Of a DNA stretch of 64,000 nt, positions 8,890 through 18,131 are shown in pieces. How positions within the stretch are numbered: position 1 is the first letter of the stretch; every line of letters begins with the position of its first letter. Source of the stretch: Nanobdellota archaeon (GTDB taxonomy: Archaea > Nanobdellota > Nanobdellia > Pacearchaeales > GW2011-AR1); assembly GCA_038045385.1 (NCBI GenBank), contig JBBSYE010000006.1, positions 2,668-66,667 on the forward strand, in the 5' to 3' direction. Made by a program: the position numbers and the translations under genes. The notes under the pieces were generated by a model that made no database searches, was not told the DNA's origin, and worked only from the letters and a program-made list of their open reading frames with translations.

Positions 8890-10593
8890 TCATTGCGCAA
8901 ACAATAAATTTTGTACAGGAGACATCCCGTTTGAAACATTAATATTTTTAAAGGCATAATTATTGTTCTCGTCTGGCTCTGGGATGATATTAAGAGAGTC
9001 GGCATAAACATATATCTTATGATTCTTTGAAACAGCCGTCCAAGGAGCGATAACAAGTTGTGTGCTCATGCCCCCAATGCTGATGTTTTTCTCATAAATA
9101 AGTCTTTGATTTGATAATGCATCTAAATAAAAAGATATTGTTATATTATAAGCAGGAGCAGAATGATAATTATGAACCATTGCAAGTATGTTTATATTTT
9201 GCCCTTCAATTGGATTCGGATTAGTAAATCCAATATCACTAGATCTGATAGCCAATTCAGGCAAAACTAAAACATTAACGGTTCTATAAGCAACATTATT
9301 TGTTTTAGTCGCTTCAGGTATCTGATTGAATGGGTCTAATACAACATATATGTCGTGCACCCCTCCTCGCGCCAACCAAGAAGTCTGCGCAAAATAACTA
9401 TCATTTACCCTTGCAGAATTTGAAATATTAGCATAACCAATAAGAGTACCATTATTTGGATTTCCATCGTAAAATCCGACAGTTATTAGTGGAGGATTTA
9501 ATTCTCCACCATTGTAAAATATGGCCGTTATATAAACTAACTCATCTTGAATAGGATTATCATTGCTCAAAATTATATCATTGCCAAATAAATACAAATC
9601 AGTTCTCTCATCAACACTATATTCAAATGTCACAGAATCTCCAGATATTTTTCCAGAGGTATCTTTTGCCCAAACTTTCCAGGTATTGGACCCTTCGTTT
9701 GCTTGCAATCCAGTAACATTTGTACCACAAGTTACAGAAGTATTAGTAACTCCATTGTCAGTCGAATACCAGCACGAATCAAGACCAATATCATCAGATG
9801 CGATATAGCTTAGAATATTTATCTGTTCAAAATAAGTTATGTTTTGAGGAGAAATTATAGATACATTTGGGGCGTATTGGTCAAAGGATATAATTATTCC
9901 ATTTCCATTGTTATAAAGCTGAACTATCTCGCTGTCGCTCAGCGTTCTATTCCACCAAGCCATCTCATCCATCTGCCCATTAAGCCAAAATCCCCCAGTC
10001 ACAGGATTTACTCCCAGAAGAATATCGCCATTTGCGGTTATTAGCCAGTTAGAATTGCCTAAACCTACAAGATTTCCATCAACATATATTTTTCCAAAAC
10101 CTGCAGAATTTTTTGTATAACTAACCATATACCAAGCATTATTTATGAAAGAAGGCACTTGGACTGCAGTTCCGGCCCAAGCACCATTAAAATACCATTG
10201 CGACTGATAAACTTCAAGATGTCCTTCATGTCCTGTGTTTCCAGCCCTGGAAAAAATTACAGGACCGTTTTGACCACCATTAGTAACCCTAACCCAAAAA
10301 TTAACCGTCATATCTTGTTCTCTGAAATCCGTGAATTGATTACCGGGAACATAAGCGTTCCTTCCATTTGCAAATTGTCCACAATTTCCGATTAAACAGC
10401 TTTGATTTGTATACTCTAACACTCCTTGATAATCAATCAAATTATAAATTCCACTAACTTCTTCCTCGGGAGAATCAAATTGATAATACAATTTTAAACC
10501 ATCGCTTAAATTAGCACCAACAAAAGCAGACATTAAAGCTGAAAAAAAGATAAATGATGAATAAACAAATAATTTTTTCATACAAAAAAGCAT
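8890..10593 (-). CDS. cell-surface protein: LamG/concanavalin-like domain, Ig-like domain, two CARDB domains
   Basis: LKLYYQFD, WYMVSYT, GKIYVDG, GQMDEMAWWNRTLSDSEI (LamG); DP.N.I.E....NN (CARDB). Confidence 0.85.
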   Translation of the reverse strand: MLFCMKKLFVYSSFIFFSALMSAFVGANLSDGLKLYYQFDSPEEEVSGIYNLIDYQGVLEYTNQSCLIGNCGQFANGRNAYVPGNQFTDFREQDMTVNFWVRVTNGGQNGPVIFSRAGNTGHEGHLEVYQSQWYFNGAWAGTAVQVPSFINNAWYMVSYTKNSAGFGKIYVDGNLVGLGNSNWLITANGDILLGVNPVTGGFWLNGQMDEMAWWNRTLSDSEIVQLYNNGNGIIISFDQYAPNVSIISPQNITYFEQINILSYIASDDIGLDSCWYSTDNGVTNTSVTCGTNVTGLQANEGSNTWKVWAKDTSGKISGDSVTFEYSVDERTDLYLFGNDIILSNDNPIQDELVYITAIFYNGGELNPPLITVGFYDGNPNNGTLIGYANISNSARVNDSYFAQTSWLARGGVHDIYVVLDPFNQIPEATKTNNVAYRTVNVLVLPELAIRSSDIGFTNPNPIEGQNINILAMVHNYHSAPAYNITISFYLDALSNQRLIYEKNISIGGMSTQLVIAPWTAVSKNHKIYVYADSLNIIPEPDENNNYAFKNINVSNGMSPVQNLLFAQ

Positions 10594-10644
10594 AATAGCA
10601 GATATATAATATTATGTGACTACTAAAATCAAGTAAATAATTTA

Positions 10645-10801
10645 TCCCCTCTCCCAGAGTCGAACTGGGGATCTTCCGGGTACTGTCGTACAACGTGTTC
10701 TAACGAACACGTCCTGCGGGCGTTTCATCCTTCTCCCCAAGGGAGTGTCAACGCTCGACATTGTCTACAGCCAGACGCTTTAACCACTAAGCTAAGAGGG
10801 G
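10645..10801 (-). tRNA. tRNA-Tyr(GTA) with an 84-nt intron at 37/38 (10681..10764)
   Basis: Acceptor CCCCTCT/AGAGGGG (C1:G72); anticodon stem TCTGG/CCGGA; BHB-like central helix CTGT/ACAG with TA|C bulge; mature length 73 nt. Confidence 0.92.
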
Positions 10802-10882
10802 CTATAACTCATTATCAAAAGCGATTTTTAAAGCTTCACATCGTGCATAGATTTAAAATAGCTAAAAAGAGTAACTTGCTTC

Positions 10883-11506
10883 ATGACAAATAGACACAAT
10901 CGCCATAGACCGATTAAACCTAGAATGTTTCCTAAGCATACCTTGCAGGATGTATATAGCGAGGTAATATCAGATGTTAGTCAAGTAAATGGCCTTTTAT
11001 TCGGCCCGGAACCTCTTGGCTTTTTTTCAACATGTAGACAAGTAATAAATTTAGCAATCCCTTGTTTAAGTGAATTTGACCAATCAAGATATGGCCTCCC
11101 AATCAGAGAAGACATTCATACTGTCGAACATGATTGCGCGCAAAAATTTGGATATCTTCTAAGCTCTGCAAGAGAAACCTCTTCATATTCAGATAGATTA
11201 TCTACCGATGCGTATACTATTACTCCTAGCTTACAAGATTGGCATTGCGCTTTTATCGCTCCAGTCTTAATAAGTAAAAGAGAATATTTTCATCTTTTGG
11301 ATGGATGCGCAAGACTTGTGACAGATATCGCACCTGCTTGCATAGAAGATATGGAAAATATTGTTAGTTTAGTTAGACCCAAAAGACATAGAATAATATT
11401 AGAAAGGGAAGTTGTACCAATCAGGCGAAAATTTGATTTAATAGAAGATGGCCTGGTGCGCTGCTTTCGCTCTTCAGAAAAACTATTAACTGCTATGTTC
11501 AGATAA
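10883..11506 (+). CDS. hypothetical protein
   Basis: 207-aa ORF with upstream GATTTAAAATAG TATA-like sequence. Confidence 0.65.
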   Translation: MTNRHNRHRPIKPRMFPKHTLQDVYSEVISDVSQVNGLLFGPEPLGFFSTCRQVINLAIPCLSEFDQSRYGLPIREDIHTVEHDCAQKFGYLLSSARETSSYSDRLSTDAYTITPSLQDWHCAFIAPVLISKREYFHLLDGCARLVTDIAPACIEDMENIVSLVRPKRHRIILEREVVPIRRKFDLIEDGLVRCFRSSEKLLTAMFR

Positions 11507-12874
11507 TCAATTTCCAGATTCAGCAGCCAAGAAAGCCGTATTAGACATCACTTCATGAGTCTGCCCATTCTTTTCAAATACGGCAGTTGTAGCAGGTAAT
11601 TCCACTTTACCAAATATCTTTACAGTAGCATAAGCAATATAAGAATAAACTCTCTCTTCGCCAGCATTCAATTGAGGCAAGTTCCAAATTAATCTTCTTG
11701 TTGTCATATCTATCTTATCTGGCTTAATTCCAAACTTATCATATAGCTTCATTATATTAGGAACTCTATCAATTATCTGAAGATTATCAACATGATTTCT
11801 AGCCTTAACACTTATTCTTACCCTCAAAGCCAACTCTCCGCCTTTAGTCTTAACAAGAGAAACACTCTTTCTAACATTAACTGGCTTCAAAGCAGTAAAC
11901 TTCACAACCCCAACAACAATAATTATCAACACTAATAAGACAAATGGAAGCGTATAATTTGTTTTAGAACTAGCAATTATACTCTCCCCAGGGGCTAACT
12001 CTTTTCTCCAAGTATAAACAACGCTAAATCCTTTACTCTCTGTCGTTTGCGGATTAGGATTATGCGAAGTAAATAGTCGCCCAATCAATCCTTTAGTATC
12101 TGTAATTTCAGCGACGATAGGAATATTTCCCTCATTAGTTTTCTTATATTCAGTCTTTCTAACTAAAAATCCCTCGCTAACTTCAGAGACTGCAAGTGCT
12201 CCCTTCTCAAGATATTCAATATCTCTCATAATCTCAACTTCATTCTCGCCAGATTTTACAGTCAAAGTCACGGGATATCGCCCAGCAGTTTTTTTCTGCA
12301 ATGCGACAATATTAACAGGAATAGTCACAACTTCACTACCAAAAGGGCGAAGCGAAACTCTAGTGTCGTAGTTAAAGAATTCAGATTCAAAATTGATATC
12401 TAAATTATCAAGATGTGTATTTTCCAAATTCTTTAAAACAAGACTTACTTCCTCATCGCCAGGTTTTAATCCAGAACTATCAATACTAATAACATCATTC
12501 AAATCAACAATCTTTACTCTCAAATTTCCCTTACTTATCCCGTCATTCCTACACTTAATTTGATATTCAAAAATATAAAATCCCGCTATATCATTTCGAA
12601 CTCTTTTACTCGGAGAAGCCCCAATCTCTATTACATTAGTTTTTCCCGCTTCAATATCAAACATCTCGCTTGGCATCATTTTAACACTAACAAGAGAATA
12701 AATTTCACAAATATCTTTAACTCCAACACTTGTTATACTCAACTTGAATTTAGCAGGATTATCAAATTGCTTTATCACAACCGAACCCCTATCTTCACTA
12801 GACATTTCAAGAGCACTAACATGACTTAATGGTATAAGCAATACAAGCAAAAGTAGCAAAAATTTTCCTCTCAT
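11507..12874 (-). CDS. secreted/membrane protein with Ig-like beta domains and an internal TM
   Basis: Signal peptide; beta-rich domains; TM LPFVLLVLIIIVVGVV. Confidence 0.75.
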   Translation of the reverse strand: MRGKFLLLLLVLLIPLSHVSALEMSSEDRGSVVIKQFDNPAKFKLSITSVGVKDICEIYSLVSVKMMPSEMFDIEAGKTNVIEIGASPSKRVRNDIAGFYIFEYQIKCRNDGISKGNLRVKIVDLNDVISIDSSGLKPGDEEVSLVLKNLENTHLDNLDINFESEFFNYDTRVSLRPFGSEVVTIPVNIVALQKKTAGRYPVTLTVKSGENEVEIMRDIEYLEKGALAVSEVSEGFLVRKTEYKKTNEGNIPIVAEITDTKGLIGRLFTSHNPNPQTTESKGFSVVYTWRKELAPGESIIASSKTNYTLPFVLLVLIIIVVGVVKFTALKPVNVRKSVSLVKTKGGELALRVRISVKARNHVDNLQIIDRVPNIMKLYDKFGIKPDKIDMTTRRLIWNLPQLNAGEERVYSYIAYATVKIFGKVELPATTAVFEKNGQTHEVMSNTAFLAAESGN

Positions 12875-12932
12875 GCTGACTTCATGGACGATTTATATAT
12901 AAAGATTGCGGTAATAGAAAGAATATCGTCGA

Positions 12933-13439
12933 TTAGGATATTCTTCCTGTAAGTTCAAGATAAGCCTTTATTTCTTCTTTAAAATCTTGAACATCATCAG
13001 AAACTTTTCCTTCTTTTTCATGAGTTCTTTCAACAACTACATATTTATTGTAAACTTCCTTGAAAAACTTCTGCATACTAGACCCTTCCCATTTATTATC
13101 ATAATCTTTCTCTAAAACTCCCGATACTTCAATGCTCAAATCTGCAACTTTATTCATATTTTTCCTTTTTCCATCTACTTCCACTTCAACATCAGTCATT
13201 CCAAGGACTCTCCATTTTATTTTCAAAGCAGATTTATAATAATCGCTCAATTTTTTAGTGGCCACCCATGAAATTTCAATCTCTTTAGAATTTCCACTTA
13301 CCTTCTCGCTGTAAGAATCTTCAGTAACACTATAACCTTCCTTATCAAGTAGCTCTCTAGCAAATTTATAAGCATCCTTAAAACTCATTAAACCAGAGTA
13401 TTTCACTTTCTCTTTTATTATATTATCTTTCTCGACCAC
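12933..13439 (-). CDS. hypothetical protein
   Basis: 168-aa ORF, GTG start, own TATA-like sequence. Confidence 0.7.
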   Translation of the reverse strand: MVEKDNIIKEKVKYSGLMSFKDAYKFARELLDKEGYSVTEDSYSEKVSGNSKEIEISWVATKKLSDYYKSALKIKWRVLGMTDVEVEVDGKRKNMNKVADLSIEVSGVLEKDYDNKWEGSSMQKFFKEVYNKYVVVERTHEKEGKVSDDVQDFKEEIKAYLELTGRIS

Positions 13440-13473
13440 TCTATAAACTAGAAAGTTTTATATTTAAAGCTTA

Positions 13474-14037
13474 TCAGTCAAGCTCGTTCCTGCAATCAGG
13501 ACACAATAGTCTCGAATCAACCCTTACCAAATCAGAAAAAGCCCCACATTCCTCACAAAGCCCTTCAGTTTCCCAGCCCTCTTGAGACGAAAGCTTCCTC
13601 ATTTTACTTTCAGCTTCGCGCATATCAAAAAGCTCGCTTGTTTCAGAATATAACATAGGGTCAATAGCCAGTATATCTTTCAAAGTTAAAACTCCAACCA
13701 TCTCACCCTGTGAAATAACAGGCAGTCTCCTAAAACCATATTCCTTCATCTTAATGAATGCTTCAGCAATAGTCGCAGAAGGTTTAATCACAGCAACTCT
13801 CTTTGTAGCAACATCAATCGCCTTGACCCCCTTTAGGTTAATATTTGGCTTTTTTGTTATCGCCCAAAGAATATCTTTTTGAGTAACTATTCCAAGAAGT
13901 TTATTATCATTAGCAACAACTAAACTACCAACTCTCTGCTTAACCATCTTTTTAGCACATTCAAGTAAATTAGTATATGGCTCTACAGAAACAAAATTAC
14001 GAGTCATCACATCACCGACAGCAATACGACGCATCAT
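13474..14037 (-). CDS. CBS-pair protein with a C-terminal zinc ribbon
   Basis: VGDVMTR...GSLVV..GIVTQKDI; RRLPVI...GVLTLKDI; CEECG...CPDC. Confidence 0.88.
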   Translation of the reverse strand: MMRRIAVGDVMTRNFVSVEPYTNLLECAKKMVKQRVGSLVVANDNKLLGIVTQKDILWAITKKPNINLKGVKAIDVATKRVAVIKPSATIAEAFIKMKEYGFRRLPVISQGEMVGVLTLKDILAIDPMLYSETSELFDMREAESKMRKLSSQEGWETEGLCEECGAFSDLVRVDSRLLCPDCRNELD

Positions 14038-14099
14038 TAAAGCTAAACTCCGAGTTTAATATATGAATATTATGGTATTGAGATATACATATGGAAGAG

Positions 14100-14170
14100 T
14101 GCGGTCATCGGGAATCGGACCCGAACTCCTTGATTGGCAACCAAGTGTTCTACCACTAAACTATGACCGC
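14100..14170 (-). tRNA. tRNA-Gly(GCC)
   Basis: GCGGTCA/TGACCGC acceptor; CTTGG-TTGCCAA-TCAAG anticodon arm; T-loop TCCGATT. Confidence 0.92.
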
Positions 14171-14210
14171 TCAACAATCTTGCGAGAAAGTGTTATTTAA
14201 AGTTTCCGAG

Positions 14211-14864
14211 TTATATAGGATATCCCCATTCTCTTAATCTATCAATAAAATCTTTTCCATGAACTTTTTCCAAATCCCCCGTCTGATCCGTACCCCCAAT
14301 TAAGATTCTATTTCTGTCAGCTCTTTGTTCCAATCTACTATTATGTCTATTAAAATCAGCAGCACATAAGCCGGGGTCTCCATCGCATATCGCTTTTTCA
14401 AATTCACAAAACAATTTCCCAGAATAATTTCTCCTAAAAGCATATTCTCTTTGAACACAGAAAGCACAATCCTTAACTCCGAGTTTTAAACTTTCAACAA
14501 GTTCAAGGCTTCTTTCCTCTCCCGGAACATCAACACAACTTGCAGTTAAAAAACAATTTGCAAAACCCCTCTCACTTAAATCTGTCCAGTAAGTAATAGA
14601 AGTTTCAGCACTAACAAAACTTAAAGGGCTAGTCTTCTTACTATTTACATCATAATCTGAATTAAAGTCTAAAGGACTAACTCTAACATAAATCTCTTGA
14701 TTTTCTCCAAGTAGCTCTCGTCTCTTTTTTCTTTGATTTACCTTATCATTTTCCAAAATAGTTTTTAAATTCCTATAAAAAACAATATTAGCTAAAGATA
14801 ATTCTTTTTCATTTTTTATTCCTTTAGACGGAACAAGAATTATCTTTCCCATATAATAAACCAA
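14211..14864 (-). CDS. hypothetical protein with a C-terminal Cys cluster
   Basis: CAFC...C...ICDG...LC. Confidence 0.65.
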   Translation of the reverse strand: MVYYMGKIILVPSKGIKNEKELSLANIVFYRNLKTILENDKVNQRKKRRELLGENQEIYVRVSPLDFNSDYDVNSKKTSPLSFVSAETSITYWTDLSERGFANCFLTASCVDVPGEERSLELVESLKLGVKDCAFCVQREYAFRRNYSGKLFCEFEKAICDGDPGLCAADFNRHNSRLEQRADRNRILIGGTDQTGDLEKVHGKDFIDRLREWGYPI

Positions 14865-14901
14865 CTTTTCCGCTAGTTAAACTTTATGGTTAAGAAGTCA
14901 T

Positions 14902-15549
14902 TTAATCTCTAATTGAAATAGCTCCCAAACTAAGCAAAAAAAAGCAAAAAGCTGTTTTAATAGCCATTCCTGTTTCCCAGAAAGGGGCATAAGGTACTGC
15001 AACAAAAAAATTAAATAAATGATTCAATATAGTAAAAACGCTTATAATAATAACTAAAATAACAAGATTAAAAAAATACCTTGAATTTTTATAACTATTA
15101 ATTTTCAAAGAGATAGCTGAATTAAATAAAATCAAAGATAAAATCGTTGCTATCGAAGGGACTCCAAACAACGAAACTCTTTCCAAAGGGGATAATATTG
15201 AAAGGTCTAAGGCGTTAAACTCTTGTTCAGATACAGGATATTCCCCAAATAAGGTCAGAAAAATAAGCACCATAATGGTTGTGATAACAAGAAGAGACAA
15301 CAGCAAAGATAAATTCTTATATCTTATTTTTTTAGATTTATTTAATTTATAAGAAGTGATGTAAAGATTAAGACTGCTTATTATAATAAGAAAAGCACTA
15401 GACACCTTCATACTATTTGCTTCAGGGATCATGTTTTTTAAAAAAGGAAGGTTAGCAATCCAACCTATTAGAACTATCAAGCATATTATAATTACAGATA
15501 TTGCGCAAATCCTTGCCACTTTTCCTGATGAATCTCTCTCAAATTTCAT
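14902..15549 (-). CDS. polytopic membrane protein resembling the N-terminal sensor region of bacterial histidine kinases, without a kinase domain
   Basis: LIGW...L....P....MK...A and GMAIKTAFCFFLLSLG segments. Confidence 0.65.
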   Translation of the reverse strand: MKFERDSSGKVARICAISVIIICLIVLIGWIANLPFLKNMIPEANSMKVSSAFLIIISSLNLYITSYKLNKSKKIRYKNLSLLLSLLVITTIMVLIFLTLFGEYPVSEQEFNALDLSILSPLERVSLFGVPSIATILSLILFNSAISLKINSYKNSRYFFNLVILVIIISVFTILNHLFNFFVAVPYAPFWETGMAIKTAFCFFLLSLGAISIRD

Positions 15550-15666
15550 TTTAAAATAAAAACCCCAAACATTTTAACTTAAATCTAACAAGCTATTCTT
15601 TTATTAAATGTTTGCTAATTATCTTAATTAGTAATATTTAAAAGACCATTCGGCATTTCATAAACA

Positions 15667-15737
15667 GGCCCTCTAGTCTAGTGGCAAAACGCCTCGTTTA
15701 CACCGAGGAGTCAGGAGTTCGATTCTCTTGAGGGCCA
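15667..15737 (+). tRNA. tRNA-Val(TAC)
   Basis: GGCCCTC/GAGGGCC acceptor; CCTCG-TTTACAC-CGAGG anticodon arm; TATA-like ATTTAAAA upstream. Confidence 0.93.
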
Positions 15738-15792
15738 TTTTTTTAATAAATATTATAAACCCTAATTTCCTTGTTTATTTAGGTAGTTTAAA

Positions 15793-16896
15793 TTGAAAAA
15801 GATATTTATAATTTTAGGAATAATTATTGTATTGGTTATCGGCTTTTTTGCAATAAAACAACTTACAAGTTCAGAACAAAACGAGTTAAACACACAGACG
15901 ATGCAAAATGAACAAGTAAACCGGCCAAATCCAGAAATTTCAGAAAATGTAAGAAATGAGGAAGAGGCAAATTGTCCTCCTATATTTAGCTACGAATTTA
16001 CAGACTTTTCAAAAATTGATGCATTTCAGCCAATAGGTTCGATCGTAGGAGCATCGCGGGGTAGAAGCTATATAACTATCAAAGAGGGAGAAAGTGTGCC
16101 GGTCTATGCCCCGATGGATGCAACTTTAGTTTCAATAATCTATGCCTATCGTGGACCTGAAGCTGATCATGGAGAATATGGATTAAAATTCGATACTAAA
16201 TGTGGTGTGATTTTCCTTCTTGATCATTTAGATTCTGCATCAGATGAAATAAAAAAATATGCTCCAACAGAGCCAGTTAGATCAACAGCTACAAATGACA
16301 ATTTAGCAATTCCAATAAAAGCCGGAACTCTTTTAGGTTATACTGATGGCACCTCTCAAGCAAGGACTTTTGACTTTTTAGTAATAGACCAAACAAAAAA
16401 AGCCCATTACATTAATCCAGAAAGATGGAAATGGGAACAATCTCTTTATTCATTTTGCCCATACGATTTATACACGCAAGATTTAAAGGAAAAATATTAT
16501 CAAAAAATAGGGGTAGCATATGATGGAGGTTTTAAAAAAGCTGAAAATTGTGGAAACCCTTCATATGACGTTGAAAACACAATTTCAGGAGGTTGGTTTC
16601 TAGATGAACAAGCCACAGATCTTAAAGGAGAATTCCTGTTAATAGGAAAAGCAATGGGATCTGTCGATGTAGTGGTTAAAGAAGAGAGTGAGGGAGTAAT
16701 CTTAAGAATAACAGATAATACTCCCGAGAAAAACCCAATAGACATTGGAATTGGCGAATCAGTTTGTTATGAAGGATTTAGCAATGATTGGGCATACCTT
16801 CATTTAGTTGATAAAACAACAATTGAATTATCTAGCGGGGAAGGCGAATGTCCGTCATCTTTCCCTCAAACTAATTCAAAGAAATATTATCGATAA
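15793..16896 (+). CDS. membrane-anchored extracellular hypothetical protein
   Basis: N-terminal TM; VPVYAPMDATL segment reminiscent of M23-like folds (weak). Confidence 0.7.
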   Translation: MKKIFIILGIIIVLVIGFFAIKQLTSSEQNELNTQTMQNEQVNRPNPEISENVRNEEEANCPPIFSYEFTDFSKIDAFQPIGSIVGASRGRSYITIKEGESVPVYAPMDATLVSIIYAYRGPEADHGEYGLKFDTKCGVIFLLDHLDSASDEIKKYAPTEPVRSTATNDNLAIPIKAGTLLGYTDGTSQARTFDFLVIDQTKKAHYINPERWKWEQSLYSFCPYDLYTQDLKEKYYQKIGVAYDGGFKKAENCGNPSYDVENTISGGWFLDEQATDLKGEFLLIGKAMGSVDVVVKEESEGVILRITDNTPEKNPIDIGIGESVCYEGFSNDWAYLHLVDKTTIELSSGEGECPSSFPQTNSKKYYR

Positions 16897-16940
16897 ACAA
16901 TAGTGGCAAGTTTTATAAATCTACATTAGGGCACCTAATT

Positions 16941-17597
16941 ATGACGTATTATAATGTATCATCTAGATTTGGGAAAGGGTTAGACATAAAACTTGAAGGA
17001 GAATGTGTAAACTATGATCGGAGTTGGGCAAAAGAAGAACTTAAAAATGAGCATCAAAATTTGAATATTCCTAAACATGTTTCTGATACGTTAGAAAAAG
17101 GATGGTACTTTACACTTTCAAGTAGGTTTGACCTTTTCGATGCCAAGAAATTCAAAGAGAGGCTAATTATCTCTTCAATAATTCCAACTGGAGAAGCATA
17201 TGGTTCTAATTGTTTCGGCACTTCGCTTTATCTTGCAGGATTAATCCCTTCAGACATTCTAGTAGATGGCAAGACGGGGGTTAGTAAAGGATGTCCAGGA
17301 ATTGAAGATTATCTAGAGAGATTTAATGGAATAGATTCTTTTGATGAAAATGCAATTATTGTTTATTACAATGAAGGAAAAATCTGTCATTCAGTCTATT
17401 GGGAAAAAGAAAGAAAAGAATTTTTTGATAGAGCTGGACTTTGGAGACCTTTAAGGGGTTACAAATCTTTGCCAAAGCCCAATAGTCTAGATGTAGTGAT
17501 TTTTGATGCTTCGAAGAGTATCGATTTTAGTGATTTATTTCCCGCTTCACTCGAAGATGCACATAATTTTATCATTGCTAGTAGTTTTAACGATTAG
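16941..17597 (+). CDS. hypothetical protein, possible papain-like/NlpC-P60 Cys-His enzyme
   Basis: SNCFGTSLYLAG and later AIIVYY...ICHSVY. Confidence 0.6.
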   Translation: MTYYNVSSRFGKGLDIKLEGECVNYDRSWAKEELKNEHQNLNIPKHVSDTLEKGWYFTLSSRFDLFDAKKFKERLIISSIIPTGEAYGSNCFGTSLYLAGLIPSDILVDGKTGVSKGCPGIEDYLERFNGIDSFDENAIIVYYNEGKICHSVYWEKERKEFFDRAGLWRPLRGYKSLPKPNSLDVVIFDASKSIDFSDLFPASLEDAHNFIIASSFND

Positions 17598-17633
17598 AAT
17601 TTTCAAAAGCTTAATAAACTCAATTTAGAGCCT

Positions 17634-18068
17634 TTGATAATGGAATCAACAAGTATTCAGTTAAAAAATTTAAGAATTCCCTTTGATGACACTTTAGCTT
17701 TCTTTCATAATCCTGAAGATGAACTATGCGGATATTTAGGCAGAGTCATAAGCAGAAAAGAAGAAGAATACGAATTAATTATAATTCCCGGAAAAACCAG
17801 AGGAACTTTCCATAAAGATCGTCTTGAATTTTACCACTTACAGGGAAGAGGCACAAATCTCTATGCCTCTTGCAGAGATGCTAGATGCGGAATGAAAGAT
17901 CTGGCTAAAAAATATTGCGCTCTGCATGAAAAAAAAATTATTGGCTTTTCATGGAGTAACGAAGGACTTTCCAGTTTAGTTAATTTATTTGACTCCCCGA
18001 TAACACCGAAGGAAGATAGAAATCAAAGAAGAAAGATGATACCGGCAAGAGAAAGAGCAATTCCATAA
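17634..18068 (+). CDS. hypothetical protein
   Basis: 144-aa ORF with own promoter-like sequence. Confidence 0.6.
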   Translation: MIMESTSIQLKNLRIPFDDTLAFFHNPEDELCGYLGRVISRKEEEYELIIIPGKTRGTFHKDRLEFYHLQGRGTNLYASCRDARCGMKDLAKKYCALHEKKIIGFSWSNEGLSSLVNLFDSPITPKEDRNQRRKMIPARERAIP

Positions 18069-18131
18069 ATTCCGTTAATAGCAAGACGACATCAGGCAAT
18101 AGCTTTTTAATCATAAAGCCCATATAGATGA

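Noticed and set aside
10681-10764. Box C/D guide RNA within the tRNA-Tyr intron
   Set aside because: Only a partial C-like AGGATGA and no CTGA D box
15738-18131. Possible island at tRNA-Val
   Set aside because: No second copy of the tRNA-Val 3' end found by eye; likewise none for Tyr, Gly, Ser(GGA) or Asp
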